Shown here one piece after another: positions 1-8,379 of a stretch of 32,000 nucleotides of DNA (its first letter is position 1; each line of letters opens with the position of its first letter). Made by a program: the position numbers and the translations under genes. Source of the stretch: an uncultured archaeon. Lineage in GTDB: Archaea > Iainarchaeota > Iainarchaeia > Iainarchaeales > Iainarchaeaceae. Under the pieces are notes generated by a model that saw only the letters and a list, made by a program, of their open reading frames with translations, did not search any database and was not told where the DNA came from. The DNA lies in assembly GCA_964577555.1 (NCBI GenBank), contig CAZNZM010000002.1:93012-125011 (forward strand), written 5' to 3'.

Positions 1-1
1 G

Positions 2-1141
2 AGCAATGAACAAATGCTTGAATTGATAAAGAAGCATAATATTAGGGCTCCAACAGGAAAAAAATTGGCTTTGAGAATAGAAAGGCAGAGCCTTATGATG
101 CGAACTACGGTTGGTTCTAATATTGAAGCTTATAATCGTCCTGAAACGGCCACTACGACTTATTTAGGTTTCAAAAACTATGTTGAATTTTTTAGGGACA
201 GGTTGCCTTTCAGTGTTTTTCAAATAGGCAAGGCGTTCAGGAATGAAATAAGTCCTAGGCAACATTTGTTGCGTTCAAGGGAATTTACTCAGGCTGAGAG
301 CCAAACTGTGCTTTTTCCTGAAATGAAAGACAAGTGGGAAAAATTTGAATCGGTGAAAGGCGAGTCTCTTCCTCTTTGGTCTGAAGAAAGGCAGAAAAAA
401 CAAAAGGAGCCTGAATTATTAATGCTTTCAACAGCAATTGAAAGAGGCATTATAAAAAACAAAGCTTATGCTTGGCACTTGAACTTGGCTTATAAAATGT
501 TCCTTGATTTTGGAATTCCAAAAGAGAAGATGAGGATAAGGCAGCATCACTCTGATGAAAAAGCGTTTTACTCTGATGACACTTGGGACATTGAAGTAAA
601 TTTAAGAAGCTTTGGTTGGGTGGAATTGTGCGGCATAAGTGACAGGACGAATTATGATTTGCAGCAGCATGCCAAGTTCAGCAAACAAAAAATGGTGGCG
701 AGAAACCTTGATGGCAAAGAGGAAATTCCTCACATAATTGAAATTGCGTTTGGTGTTGACAGGCCTTTCTTTGCAATACTTGATTTGAATTATGATGAAA
801 GGCCACAAGATGAACAACGCACGTTGCTAAAGATTCCTCCTTATTTGGCTCCAATACAAGTAGGAATATTGCCTCTCGTTAAAAAGGATGGTTTGGCTGA
901 AAAAGGTTGGGAGATATTTGGGCATTTAAGCAAAAAATTCTTGTGTTATTATGATGAATCAGGCAGCATAGGCCGCAGATATAGTAGGTTGGATTCTGTT
1001 GGAACGCCTTTTTGCATTACAATAGATTATGATACTATGTCTGATGGTACTGTTACGATTAGGGAAAGGGACAATATGAAACAGCAAAGAATCAAAATTA
1101 ACGAGCTTGAAAAATTTTTAGAGGCGGTTTTGAATGGGTAA
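2..1141 (+). CDS. glyS: Glycyl-tRNA synthetase, archaeal/eukaryotic-type class II; N-terminus lies upstream of the window
   Basis: Reading frame is open to the window start. Class II motif 2 FRNEISPRQHLLRSREFTQAE and RPETA. C-terminal anticodon-binding region LAPIQVGILPL...GRRY...GTPFCITIDYD. Confidence 0.9.
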   Translation, partial: SNEQMLELIKKHNIRAPTGKKLALRIERQSLMMRTTVGSNIEAYNRPETATTTYLGFKNYVEFFRDRLPFSVFQIGKAFRNEISPRQHLLRSREFTQAESQTVLFPEMKDKWEKFESVKGESLPLWSEERQKKQKEPELLMLSTAIERGIIKNKAYAWHLNLAYKMFLDFGIPKEKMRIRQHHSDEKAFYSDDTWDIEVNLRSFGWVELCGISDRTNYDLQQHAKFSKQKMVARNLDGKEEIPHIIEIAFGVDRPFFAILDLNYDERPQDEQRTLLKIPPYLAPIQVGILPLVKKDGLAEKGWEIFGHLSKKFLCYYDESGSIGRRYSRLDSVGTPFCITIDYDTMSDGTVTIRERDNMKQQRIKINELEKFLEAVLNG

Positions 1142-2024
1142 AATTGATCAACTTAGAAGGAAGCTTATTGAATCAGCCAAGAAGAAAATACAAGAAAAAT
1201 ATAAGGAAAAAGAAGTTCATATAATAAAAGCGGTTAAGATACTTGAAGACCTTGACACAACTTCAAATTTGCTTATTGAACAGTTGCGTGAGTGGCATTC
1301 CTTGCATTTTCCAGAACTTAATGAAATTGTCAAGGATAATGAACAATACTTGAAATTGGTTTGTGAGTTGGGGGATAAAAGGAATTTTGTTGTAGAAAAA
1401 ATTTTTGAGGTTGTTACGAACAAAGTTTTGGCGGAAAAAATTTCGAAAGCTGCAAAAGAATCCATTGGCTCCGAAGCTTCGCAAAAGGATATTAATGAAA
1501 TGCAAGCATTGGCTTTGAATTGTTATAATTTGAAGATTGAAAGGGAAGCTCTGGCAAAGTATATTGAAACTGAAATGAAGAAAGAGTTGCCTGCATTTAC
1601 TGAACTTTGTGGGGCTATTTTGGGTGCGAAAATTCTTGCAAAGGCATTGGCAAAGAAAAGGCTGGCATTCATGCCTGCTTCAAGGTTGCAAGTAATTGGC
1701 GCGGAAAAATCTTTGTTTATGCATTTTAAGATGAAAGCCAAAAGTCCGAAGCATGGTTATATTTTTCAACACCCCCTCATACAAGGTTCAAAGCCTTATA
1801 ATCGTGGGAAAGTTGCAAGGCTTCTTGCTGCAAAATTGTCAGTAGCAGCGAAAATGGATTATTTTGGAGGCAAAGCTGACGTTTTGGGAATGAGAAGGGA
1901 GCTTGAGGAAAAAGTTCGTAAGATAAATGAAACAGGCAAAGGCATCAAAATTCAGGCAAAAAAAACTAGTTTAAAGTGGCGTAGCCAAAAAAGAAAAAGA
2001 TTTGAATACTTGACTAAGAAATAG
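1134..2024 (+). CDS. nop5: Nop5 (Nop56/58) C/D box sRNP core protein, short form without an obvious N-terminal fibrillarin-binding domain
   Basis: 296 aa. Motifs REWHSLHFPEL and ASRLQVIGAEKSLFMHF..SPKHGYIFQHPLI..RGKVARLLAAKLSVAAKMDYF, plus a Lys/Arg-rich tail. ATG 1134 overlaps the glyS stop (1139-1141) by 8 nt. Sits directly upstream of fibrillarin. Confidence 0.85.
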   Translation: MGKIDQLRRKLIESAKKKIQEKYKEKEVHIIKAVKILEDLDTTSNLLIEQLREWHSLHFPELNEIVKDNEQYLKLVCELGDKRNFVVEKIFEVVTNKVLAEKISKAAKESIGSEASQKDINEMQALALNCYNLKIEREALAKYIETEMKKELPAFTELCGAILGAKILAKALAKKRLAFMPASRLQVIGAEKSLFMHFKMKAKSPKHGYIFQHPLIQGSKPYNRGKVARLLAAKLSVAAKMDYFGGKADVLGMRRELEEKVRKINETGKGIKIQAKKTSLKWRSQKRKRFEYLTKK

Positions 2025-2033
2025 GTTGGTGAA

Positions 2034-2705
2034 ATGAATAATCCTAAAATCGTTTTTTCTGGAGTTTTTGAAATAGGCAACAGGCTTGCTACCATAAATA
2101 TGAATAGAGCCAAGCGGGTTTATGGGGAGCAATTGATAGAACATGGAGGTATTGAGTATAGGCAATGGGATGCTGAAAGGTCAAAAATAGCCGCTGCGAT
2201 AAAAAAAGGGGTAAAGGAATTTCATGTTGAGTCAGGTTCTAAAGTGCTTTACTTGGGTGCAGCGGAAGGTACTACAATATCTCATTTGAGCGATATTGTG
2301 GGGGAAAGCGGCATTATTTATGGTGTTGACATAAGCGCAAGGTCAATGAGGAAATTTTTGTATTTGTGCGAACAAAGAAGAAATATTATTCCAATACTTG
2401 CGGATGCGTCTCAGCCGAATACTTATTTGGAGTACATTCCTAGGTTTTCTGTTGATGTTTTGTGCCAGGATGTTAGTCAAAGAGAGCAGGCAAATATTTT
2501 TCTTAAAAATGCAAGAGTTTATTTGAAAAGGAATGGTTGGGGTTATTTGTCGATTAAAGCAAGGTCTATAAGCTCTGAAAAAGAGGTAAGAAGTATAGTA
2601 TCTGAAGAAGCAAAAAAACTTGAAAATGAATTTGAAATACTTGAAATAATTAATCTCGAGCCTTTTGAAAAAGAGCATGCAATGGTGGTTTGCAAGAAAA
2701 AATAA
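2034..2705 (+). CDS. flpA: Fibrillarin-like rRNA/tRNA 2'-O-methyltransferase
   Basis: 223 aa. SAM-binding VLYLGAAEGTTISHLSDIV and YGVDISARSMRKFL..RRNIIPILADA. SD-like AGGTTGGTGA at 2023-2032. Confidence 0.93.
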   Translation: MNNPKIVFSGVFEIGNRLATINMNRAKRVYGEQLIEHGGIEYRQWDAERSKIAAAIKKGVKEFHVESGSKVLYLGAAEGTTISHLSDIVGESGIIYGVDISARSMRKFLYLCEQRRNIIPILADASQPNTYLEYIPRFSVDVLCQDVSQREQANIFLKNARVYLKRNGWGYLSIKARSISSEKEVRSIVSEEAKKLENEFEILEIINLEPFEKEHAMVVCKKK

Positions 2706-2932
2706 TTTGTAAATTTTCTGTTTGTTTTTTTGTTTTGTTTTTTGCGAGCCAATTTTTTTTGTAAGTTTTTTTTAGTTTATGTTTTTTTTTGGAGATCTTT
2801 TTTTTGTCAAGCTGTTTTTTTTAGCAAGCCGTTTTTTTTTGTCATTTTTTTTTGAATTATTTTTTTTGTTTTGTTTTTGCGAGCTGTTTTTTTTGTCATT
2901 ATTTTTTTGTGTTTGTTTTTTTTTCAGTCATC
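2706..2932 (+). repeat. Intergenic T-tract / GCRAGCYR repeat array A
   Basis: T7-T10 runs separated by short cores: GCGAGCCA 2744, GTCAAGCTG 2806, AGCAAGCCG 2823, GCGAGCTG 2879. Module GTCA-T9-GAATTA-T8 at 2841-2868 recurs at 12465 and 28614. Confidence 0.7.
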
Positions 2933-2942
2933 ATTAAATATG
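2932..2942 (+). promoter_or_regulatory. Candidate TATA-like element (CATTAAATATG) about 26 nt upstream of ATG 2963; possible leaderless mRNA
   Basis: AT-rich box at the distance expected for an archaeal TATA box relative to a start at or near the ATG. No SD-like sequence in between. Confidence 0.3.
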
Positions 2943-2962
2943 TGATTGTTTTATTTTGTAAG

Positions 2963-3949
2963 ATGCATATTATTCATAAAAATGGTATTTTGTTGAAGGA
3001 CAAGGATTGTCTTTATGTTGATGCTTCTGGTTTGAGGGGTAAAAATGCTGTAATTACGCATGCCCATGCTGACCATGCGAAGGTTTCTTCTACTAATAAG
3101 TATTTTCTCACAAAAGAAACTGCTTCTCTTATTGATGCTAAAGGGAAAAATTTGTTTTTTGAGTCTGTTCCTTTTAAGAAAAGGTTTGAATTGAATGGTT
3201 TTGATTGTGCCTTTTATCCTTCTGGGCATATTCTTGGTTCAGCGCAATTGAAGATTTGTAATTCTGATGAAGTTGTTATTACTTCTGATTTTAAGTTGCA
3301 GGACAGTATTTTGTTTAAGGGTGCGGAAATATTGTCTTCTGATGTTTTGGTTATTGAAACTACTTTTGGGAAACCAGATTTTAAATTTCCTGAAAGGTCT
3401 GAGGTTTATGAGGACATGATTTCATGGATGTGTGCTAACTTGAAGAAGGATAGTTTTATTGTTTTGGGTGGTTATAGCACTGGAAAGGCTCAGGAACTTA
3501 CAAAGTTTGTTAATGAGTTTTTGGGGGAAGTCCCTTTGGTTCATCCTAAAATAATGGAGCAGAATATTGTTTATAAGTCTGAAGGGGTTGATGTGGGGGA
3601 TTTTATCAAGCTTGATCACAATCTTAATGATAGTAATGTGTTGATTTACCCTTCTCATTTGATTGATGATTATCTTGTTTCTGCTTTGGAGCATCAACTT
3701 GGAAAAAGGGTAAAAGTTGCAATTGCAACTGGTTGGAATTTTCCTTCGCGTTATAAAATTTTTCCTCTTTCTGATCATGCTGATTTTGATTCTCTTTTGC
3801 GTTATGTGAAAGAAAGCGAGCCAAAACTTGTTCTAACTACTCATGGTTTTGAACAAGAGTTTGCTGCTCATGTTAGGAGAAGGCTTGGAATAAATGCCAG
3901 GTCACTTTCAAGTGGGGGGCAATCTGTTATAAATGAATTTATGGGGTGA
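2963..3949 (+). CDS. Metallo-beta-lactamase-fold nuclease, resembling the DNA-ligase-associated exonuclease / beta-CASP-related family
   Basis: HAHADHAK (HxHxDH) near the N-terminus after GILLKDKDCLYVDASG. Also SGHILGSA and C-terminal LSDHADFDSL..TTHG. The ORF-track start at 2852 is a poly-Phe read-through of repeat array A, so I use the first ATG after the array. Confidence 0.7.
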   Translation: MHIIHKNGILLKDKDCLYVDASGLRGKNAVITHAHADHAKVSSTNKYFLTKETASLIDAKGKNLFFESVPFKKRFELNGFDCAFYPSGHILGSAQLKICNSDEVVITSDFKLQDSILFKGAEILSSDVLVIETTFGKPDFKFPERSEVYEDMISWMCANLKKDSFIVLGGYSTGKAQELTKFVNEFLGEVPLVHPKIMEQNIVYKSEGVDVGDFIKLDHNLNDSNVLIYPSHLIDDYLVSALEHQLGKRVKVAIATGWNFPSRYKIFPLSDHADFDSLLRYVKESEPKLVLTTHGFEQEFAAHVRRRLGINARSLSSGGQSVINEFMG

Positions 3950-3967
3950 GTTTGTTTTTTTTAAGCT

Positions 3968-3987
3968 AAGTTATTTAAGCCTTTTTC
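3968..3987 (+). promoter_or_regulatory. Candidate promoter element AAGTTATTTAAGCCTTTTTC upstream of aspS
   Basis: TTATTTAAGC plus TTTTTC recurs upstream of gatC (5853-5871). AGTTATTTAA recurs upstream of tRNA-Gln (13498-13507). Confidence 0.3.
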
Positions 3988-4014
3988 AAGTCTTTTTTTA
4001 TTTATTGATTTTTT

Positions 4015-5781
4015 ATGTTTAGGAGTGCGGTTTGCGGAAGCCTTTCAAGGGATAATATTGGGAAAAGTGTTGTTTTGGCTGGTTGGGTTGATAAGCAGCG
4101 TGATCATGGGGGTTTGTCATTTATTGATTTGAGGGATAGGTATGGTTATGTTCAGATTGTTGTTAATCCTGAAAAAGGTGGAAGGCTTGTTGATGTTGCA
4201 AAAAAGTTAAGAAGGGAGTATGTAATTAAAGTGTCTGGTGTTGTTAAGGCTAGGCCTAAAGGCACTGAGAATAAATCTTGGGTTACTGGGGATATAGAGG
4301 TTGAGGCTGATGATATTGAAATTATTTCTTCTTCTTTGCCTTTGCCAATAGAGTTTTCTGATAAGGCTCAATCAAATGAGGAGGCAAAGTTGACTTATAG
4401 GTATTTGGATTTGCGTAATAGGCAATTGCAGGCTAATTTGATTGCGCGTCATCGTATTGTTAAAATAGTCAGGGATTTTTATGATGAAAACGGTTTTATT
4501 GAAATAGAGACTCCTATTTTGGCAAAGAGCACTCCTGAAGGTGCCCGGGATTATTTGGTGCCTAGCAGGGTCAATCCTGGAAAATTTTTTGCCTTGCCTC
4601 AGAGTCCTCAGATTTTCAAGCAATTGTTGATGGTTGCGGGTTTTGACAAGTATATGCAAATTGCAAGGTGTTTTAGGGACGAGGATTTGCGGGCCGATAG
4701 GCAGCCAGAGTTTACGCAAATTGATGTTGAAATGAGTTTTGTTGATGAAGAGGATGTAATGAGTTTGCATGAAAAGTTGATTCAAAGAATTTTTATGGAT
4801 TTTATGGGTGTTGAGCTTGAAATTCCTTTTCCTCGCATGTCTTATGATGATGCAATTTCAAGGTATGGTATTGATAGGCCTGATACGCGGTTTGGTTTGG
4901 AATTGTTTGATTTGACTTCAATTCTTTCAAAAAGTGATTTTAATGTTTTTAAAAGCGTTGTAGCCGAAGGGGGTATTATTAAAGGTATTTGTATTCCTGG
5001 TGCTGGCTTTTCCAAGAGTGATATAAAAGGTTTTGAAGATTTCGTGAAAATTTATAAAGCCAAGGGGCTTGCGGCTTTGAAGGTTGTTGGAGGAAAGGTT
5101 GAGGGGCAATTGGCTAAATTCATTAGTGATTCTGTTGCAAGTGAGTTGGTTGCGAAAGCCAATGCCAAGGAAAATGATTTGATTTTGATTGTTGCAGGGG
5201 ATTCTAAGGTTGTTAATGATTCTTTGGGTTTTTTGAGAAATCATATTGCTGCCAAGCTTGGCTTGGTTGACAATAATAAGTGGAGTTTTGTTTGGGTGAC
5301 TTCTTTTCCAATGTTTGAGTGGAGTGATGAGGAGCAGAAGTTGAATGCAATGCATCATCCTTTTACTTCGCCGAAATCTGAGGATTTGCATTTGATTGAA
5401 ACCGAGCCTTTGAAAATCAGGGCGAAGGCTTATGATTTGGTTTTGAATGGTATTGAAATAGGCGGAGGCAGTATTAGGATACATGATCCTTCAATTCAAG
5501 CGAGGGTTTTCAAGGCTTTAGGGATTGATGAAAAAAGTGCAAAAGAGAAGTTTGGTTTTATGCTTGATGCATTTAAGTATGGTGCTCCTCCTCATGGCGG
5601 GATTGCTTTTGGGCTTGATAGGCTTGTGATGCTTTTGGTTGGTGCTTCAAGTATACGTGAAGTAATTGCTTTTCCAAAGAACAAGGCGGCTGTTTCTCTT
5701 ATGGATGGTTCGCCAAGCCAAGTGGATGAGAGGCAACTTAAGGAATTGCATATTAAGATTGACTTTGACAAGAAAAAATAA
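4015..5781 (+). CDS. aspS: Aspartyl-tRNA synthetase, bacterial type (long form with insertion domain)
   Basis: 588 aa. QSPQIFKQLLMVAGFDKYMQIARCFRDEDLRADRQPEFTQIDVEMSF is nearly the bacterial AspRS motif 2 region. C-terminal GGGSIRIH and PPHGGIAFGLDRLVMLL. Confidence 0.93.
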   Translation: MFRSAVCGSLSRDNIGKSVVLAGWVDKQRDHGGLSFIDLRDRYGYVQIVVNPEKGGRLVDVAKKLRREYVIKVSGVVKARPKGTENKSWVTGDIEVEADDIEIISSSLPLPIEFSDKAQSNEEAKLTYRYLDLRNRQLQANLIARHRIVKIVRDFYDENGFIEIETPILAKSTPEGARDYLVPSRVNPGKFFALPQSPQIFKQLLMVAGFDKYMQIARCFRDEDLRADRQPEFTQIDVEMSFVDEEDVMSLHEKLIQRIFMDFMGVELEIPFPRMSYDDAISRYGIDRPDTRFGLELFDLTSILSKSDFNVFKSVVAEGGIIKGICIPGAGFSKSDIKGFEDFVKIYKAKGLAALKVVGGKVEGQLAKFISDSVASELVAKANAKENDLILIVAGDSKVVNDSLGFLRNHIAAKLGLVDNNKWSFVWVTSFPMFEWSDEEQKLNAMHHPFTSPKSEDLHLIETEPLKIRAKAYDLVLNGIEIGGGSIRIHDPSIQARVFKALGIDEKSAKEKFGFMLDAFKYGAPPHGGIAFGLDRLVMLLVGASSIREVIAFPKNKAAVSLMDGSPSQVDERQLKELHIKIDFDKKK

Positions 5782-5852
5782 TTTTTGCTTTGAAACCAGT
5801 GGCTTATTTATTTTTGGTTTTTTGCTTGTTGTTGTCTTTTTTTGTTTTTGCC

Positions 5853-5871
5853 AACTTATTTAAGCTTTTTC
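5853..5871 (+). promoter_or_regulatory. Candidate promoter element AACTTATTTAAGCTTTTTC upstream of gatC
   Basis: Near-copy of the element at 3968-3987, located about 40-55 nt upstream of the GTG start at 5910. Confidence 0.3.
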
Positions 5872-5909
5872 TGCTTTCTTTAATTTGAATAAGGTTTTGG
5901 GGTTTTTTT

Positions 5910-6206
5910 GTGCCAAGAATAAAGGTTGATGAGGTTTTGGTTAGAAAGGTTGCTGATAATGCGAGGCTTTCTCTTACTGATGCTGAAGTAAAAAAGTTTA
6001 TTCCGCAGCTTAACGAGGTTTTGGAGTATTTTTCAATGATTGATAAATTAGATGTTTCAAACGAAGAGCCTTCTTTTCAGCCTGTAAAGGTAAGGAATTC
6101 TTTGCGTGAGGATGTTGTAGGAAAGTGTCTTTCGCGGGAAGAGGCCTTGTCTAATACTCAGCATAAAAAGGGGTTTTATTTTAAGGGTCCAGGCGTGATG
6201 CAATGA
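5910..6206 (+). CDS. gatC: Asp/Glu-tRNA amidotransferase subunit C
   Basis: 98 aa of GatC size with the pattern VKKVA.LARL.L...E...F..QL..IL.Y....D. GTG start. Stop overlaps the gatA ATG (ATGA at 6203-6206). Confidence 0.8.
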   Translation: MPRIKVDEVLVRKVADNARLSLTDAEVKKFIPQLNEVLEYFSMIDKLDVSNEEPSFQPVKVRNSLREDVVGKCLSREEALSNTQHKKGFYFKGPGVMQ

Positions 6207-7615
6207 CTTATTCAGTAAGAGGTTTTGTTGAACGTGTTTCTTCTGGGGAAATTTCCGTTTTGGAGCATGCTGAAAAAATTTGTTCAGAAATTGAGGCGAA
6301 GAATAGAGAGTATTTTCATTTCAACAATTTTCAAAAGGATTATGTTATTTCTCAAGCCTTGTTGCTTGAAAAAGAAATAAAGAAAGGGCGCAGAGGAAAG
6401 TTGTTGGGTGTTCCGGTAAGTGTTAAAGATTGTCTTTGTGTAAAAGGGGTTGAATCCCGTGCAGGTTCAAAAATTCTTTCCGGTTATAAGCCTGTTTTTG
6501 ATGCTACTGCTGTTGCGAGGGCAAAGTATGAAGGTGCAATAATTCTTGGCAAAACTAGTCAGGATGAGTTTGGTTTTGGTACTTTTTCTATTCATCATAC
6601 TGCTGGCAATGTGCCACTTAATCCTTTTGATAAAAATAGAAGTTGTGGTGGAAGTTCTGGTGGTGCAGCTGGTTTTACGGCGCTTACTGAAAATACTCAT
6701 GTTGCCATTGCGGAAAGTACTGGTGGAAGCATTGCTTGTCCTGCTTCTTTTTGCGGCGTGTCTTCAATAACTCCGACTTATGGAGTTGTCTCAAGGTATG
6801 GTTTAATGGATTATGCATGTTCTCTTGATAAAATTGGCGCTATTGGAAAATCCATTGATGATGCTTCTTTGCTTTTGGAGGTAATGTCTGGAAAGGATGA
6901 AAAAGATAGTACTTCAGCGGATTTTAATTATTCTCCTGTTCAATTTTCAAAAATGAATATTGGGGTGCCGACCGAATTAATTGATTCTATTAAAAATGAG
7001 GGTATAAAAAAAGTTTTTTGGGAAAAGGTTTTGAAAGCCGAGGAATTTGGTTGTAAAATTTCAAATATTTCTCTTCCATTGAATGTCGAGTATGGGGTTG
7101 CTGTTTATTATCTTATTGCAATGTCTGAGGCTTCAACCAACCTTGCCAAGTATTGCGGCATGCGTTATGGGTTTTCAAAAAAACTTGTTGGAGATTTTAA
7201 TGAATACTTTTCTTCGGTTCGTTCTGATGCTTTTGGAGAAGAAGCAAAGAGAAGGATAATTATTGGGACTTTTGCCAGAATGTCGGGTTTTAGGGATGCT
7301 TATTATCTTAAAGCTATGAAGGTTCGTACGAAATTAATAAATGAATTTAAGCGTGTTTTTTCTGAAGTTGACCTTGTTGTTTCTCCCGCAATGCCTATTG
7401 TTGCTCCAAAATTTTCCGAAATAGAAAAGCTTAGTCCTTTGGAAAACTATGCTGCTGACCTTTGCACGGTTCCGCCAAATTTGGGTGGTTTTCCACATGT
7501 TACCACTAATGCTGGCGAATGTAATGGGCTTCCTGTTGGTTTTATGGCTATTGCTAATCATTTTGAGGATGCAAAAGCCGTTTCGTTTGTTTCCGCTTTG
7601 GAGGGTTTGTTGTGA
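6203..7615 (+). CDS. gatA: Asp/Glu-tRNA amidotransferase subunit A (amidase family)
   Basis: 470 aa. Amidase signature GGSSGGAAG..ALGTDTGGSIR-like (CGGSSGGAAGF...AESTGGSIACPASFCG). Confidence 0.92.
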   Translation: MTYSVRGFVERVSSGEISVLEHAEKICSEIEAKNREYFHFNNFQKDYVISQALLLEKEIKKGRRGKLLGVPVSVKDCLCVKGVESRAGSKILSGYKPVFDATAVARAKYEGAIILGKTSQDEFGFGTFSIHHTAGNVPLNPFDKNRSCGGSSGGAAGFTALTENTHVAIAESTGGSIACPASFCGVSSITPTYGVVSRYGLMDYACSLDKIGAIGKSIDDASLLLEVMSGKDEKDSTSADFNYSPVQFSKMNIGVPTELIDSIKNEGIKKVFWEKVLKAEEFGCKISNISLPLNVEYGVAVYYLIAMSEASTNLAKYCGMRYGFSKKLVGDFNEYFSSVRSDAFGEEAKRRIIIGTFARMSGFRDAYYLKAMKVRTKLINEFKRVFSEVDLVVSPAMPIVAPKFSEIEKLSPLENYAADLCTVPPNLGGFPHVTTNAGECNGLPVGFMAIANHFEDAKAVSFVSALEGLL

Positions 7616-8379
7616 AGGAGCTTGAGGTTGCGGAGCGTGCTGTTGTGGAAGCTGGAAAAATAGCTTGTAAGAATTTCCAGGGCGATTTTAAGATAAGTTT
7701 TAAGGGTTTGAGGGATCTTGTCACCGAAGTAGATGTTGAGTGTGAAAGAAAAATAAAAAGAATAATTTCTTCTGAGTATGCTACGCATTCTTTTCTTGGT
7801 GAAGAGGAAGGCTTGGTAGGAAGTTTTTCGTCTGTTTGGGTTATTGACCCTATTGATGGCACTACAAATTTTGCGCATGGCATTGATCATTTTTGTCATT
7901 CGGTAGCGCTTGTTAAGAATGGTGTTTTGGTTTGTGGTGCTATTTATAATCCGATTCAAAAGAAACTTTATTCTGCATATGTTGGTAAAGGAGCCAAATT
8001 TAATGGCAGGCCTATTTCAGTGTCAAAAACTTTAAATTTGTCAGATGCTTTGTTGATTACTGGGTTTCCTTATAATTCCAATCTTTTTGAAGTTAAAACT
8101 ATTCGTTCAATTTATTCTTTAAGGCCGCAGTGTAGGGATTTGAGGCGGTTTGGTTCTGCAGCTCTTGATTTTTGTTATGTTGCTCAAGGCTTGTGTGACG
8201 GTTTTTTTGAGTATCAGTTAAAGCCTTGGGATGTTGCTGCCGGAATTTTAATTGTGCGTGAGGCAGGTGGCAAAGTAACTGACATTAATGGTAAAGAGGC
8301 TGACATTAATTCGAGTCATTTTCTTGCAACTAATAGTATTTTGCACGATTCTATTTTGAGGCATTTGGAGGGTGTTTAA
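7612..8379 (+). CDS. suhB: Inositol monophosphatase family protein (archaeal IMPase/FBPase-like)
   Basis: 255 aa. Motifs FLGEEEG, WVIDPIDGTTNFAHG, GSAALDFCYVAQG and WDVAAG. GTG start overlaps the gatA stop (GTGA at 7612-7615). Confidence 0.85.
   Translation: MKELEVAERAVVEAGKIACKNFQGDFKISFKGLRDLVTEVDVECERKIKRIISSEYATHSFLGEEEGLVGSFSSVWVIDPIDGTTNFAHGIDHFCHSVALVKNGVLVCGAIYNPIQKKLYSAYVGKGAKFNGRPISVSKTLNLSDALLITGFPYNSNLFEVKTIRSIYSLRPQCRDLRRFGSAALDFCYVAQGLCDGFFEYQLKPWDVAAGILIVREAGGKVTDINGKEADINSSHFLATNSILHDSILRHLEGV

Noticed and set aside
2852-2962. N-terminal 37-codon extension of the MBL nuclease ORF (MNYFFCFVFASCFF...)
   Set aside because: It is a poly-Phe/Cys translation of repeat array A. The conserved protein begins at ATG 2963, which has a TATA-like box about 26 nt upstream.
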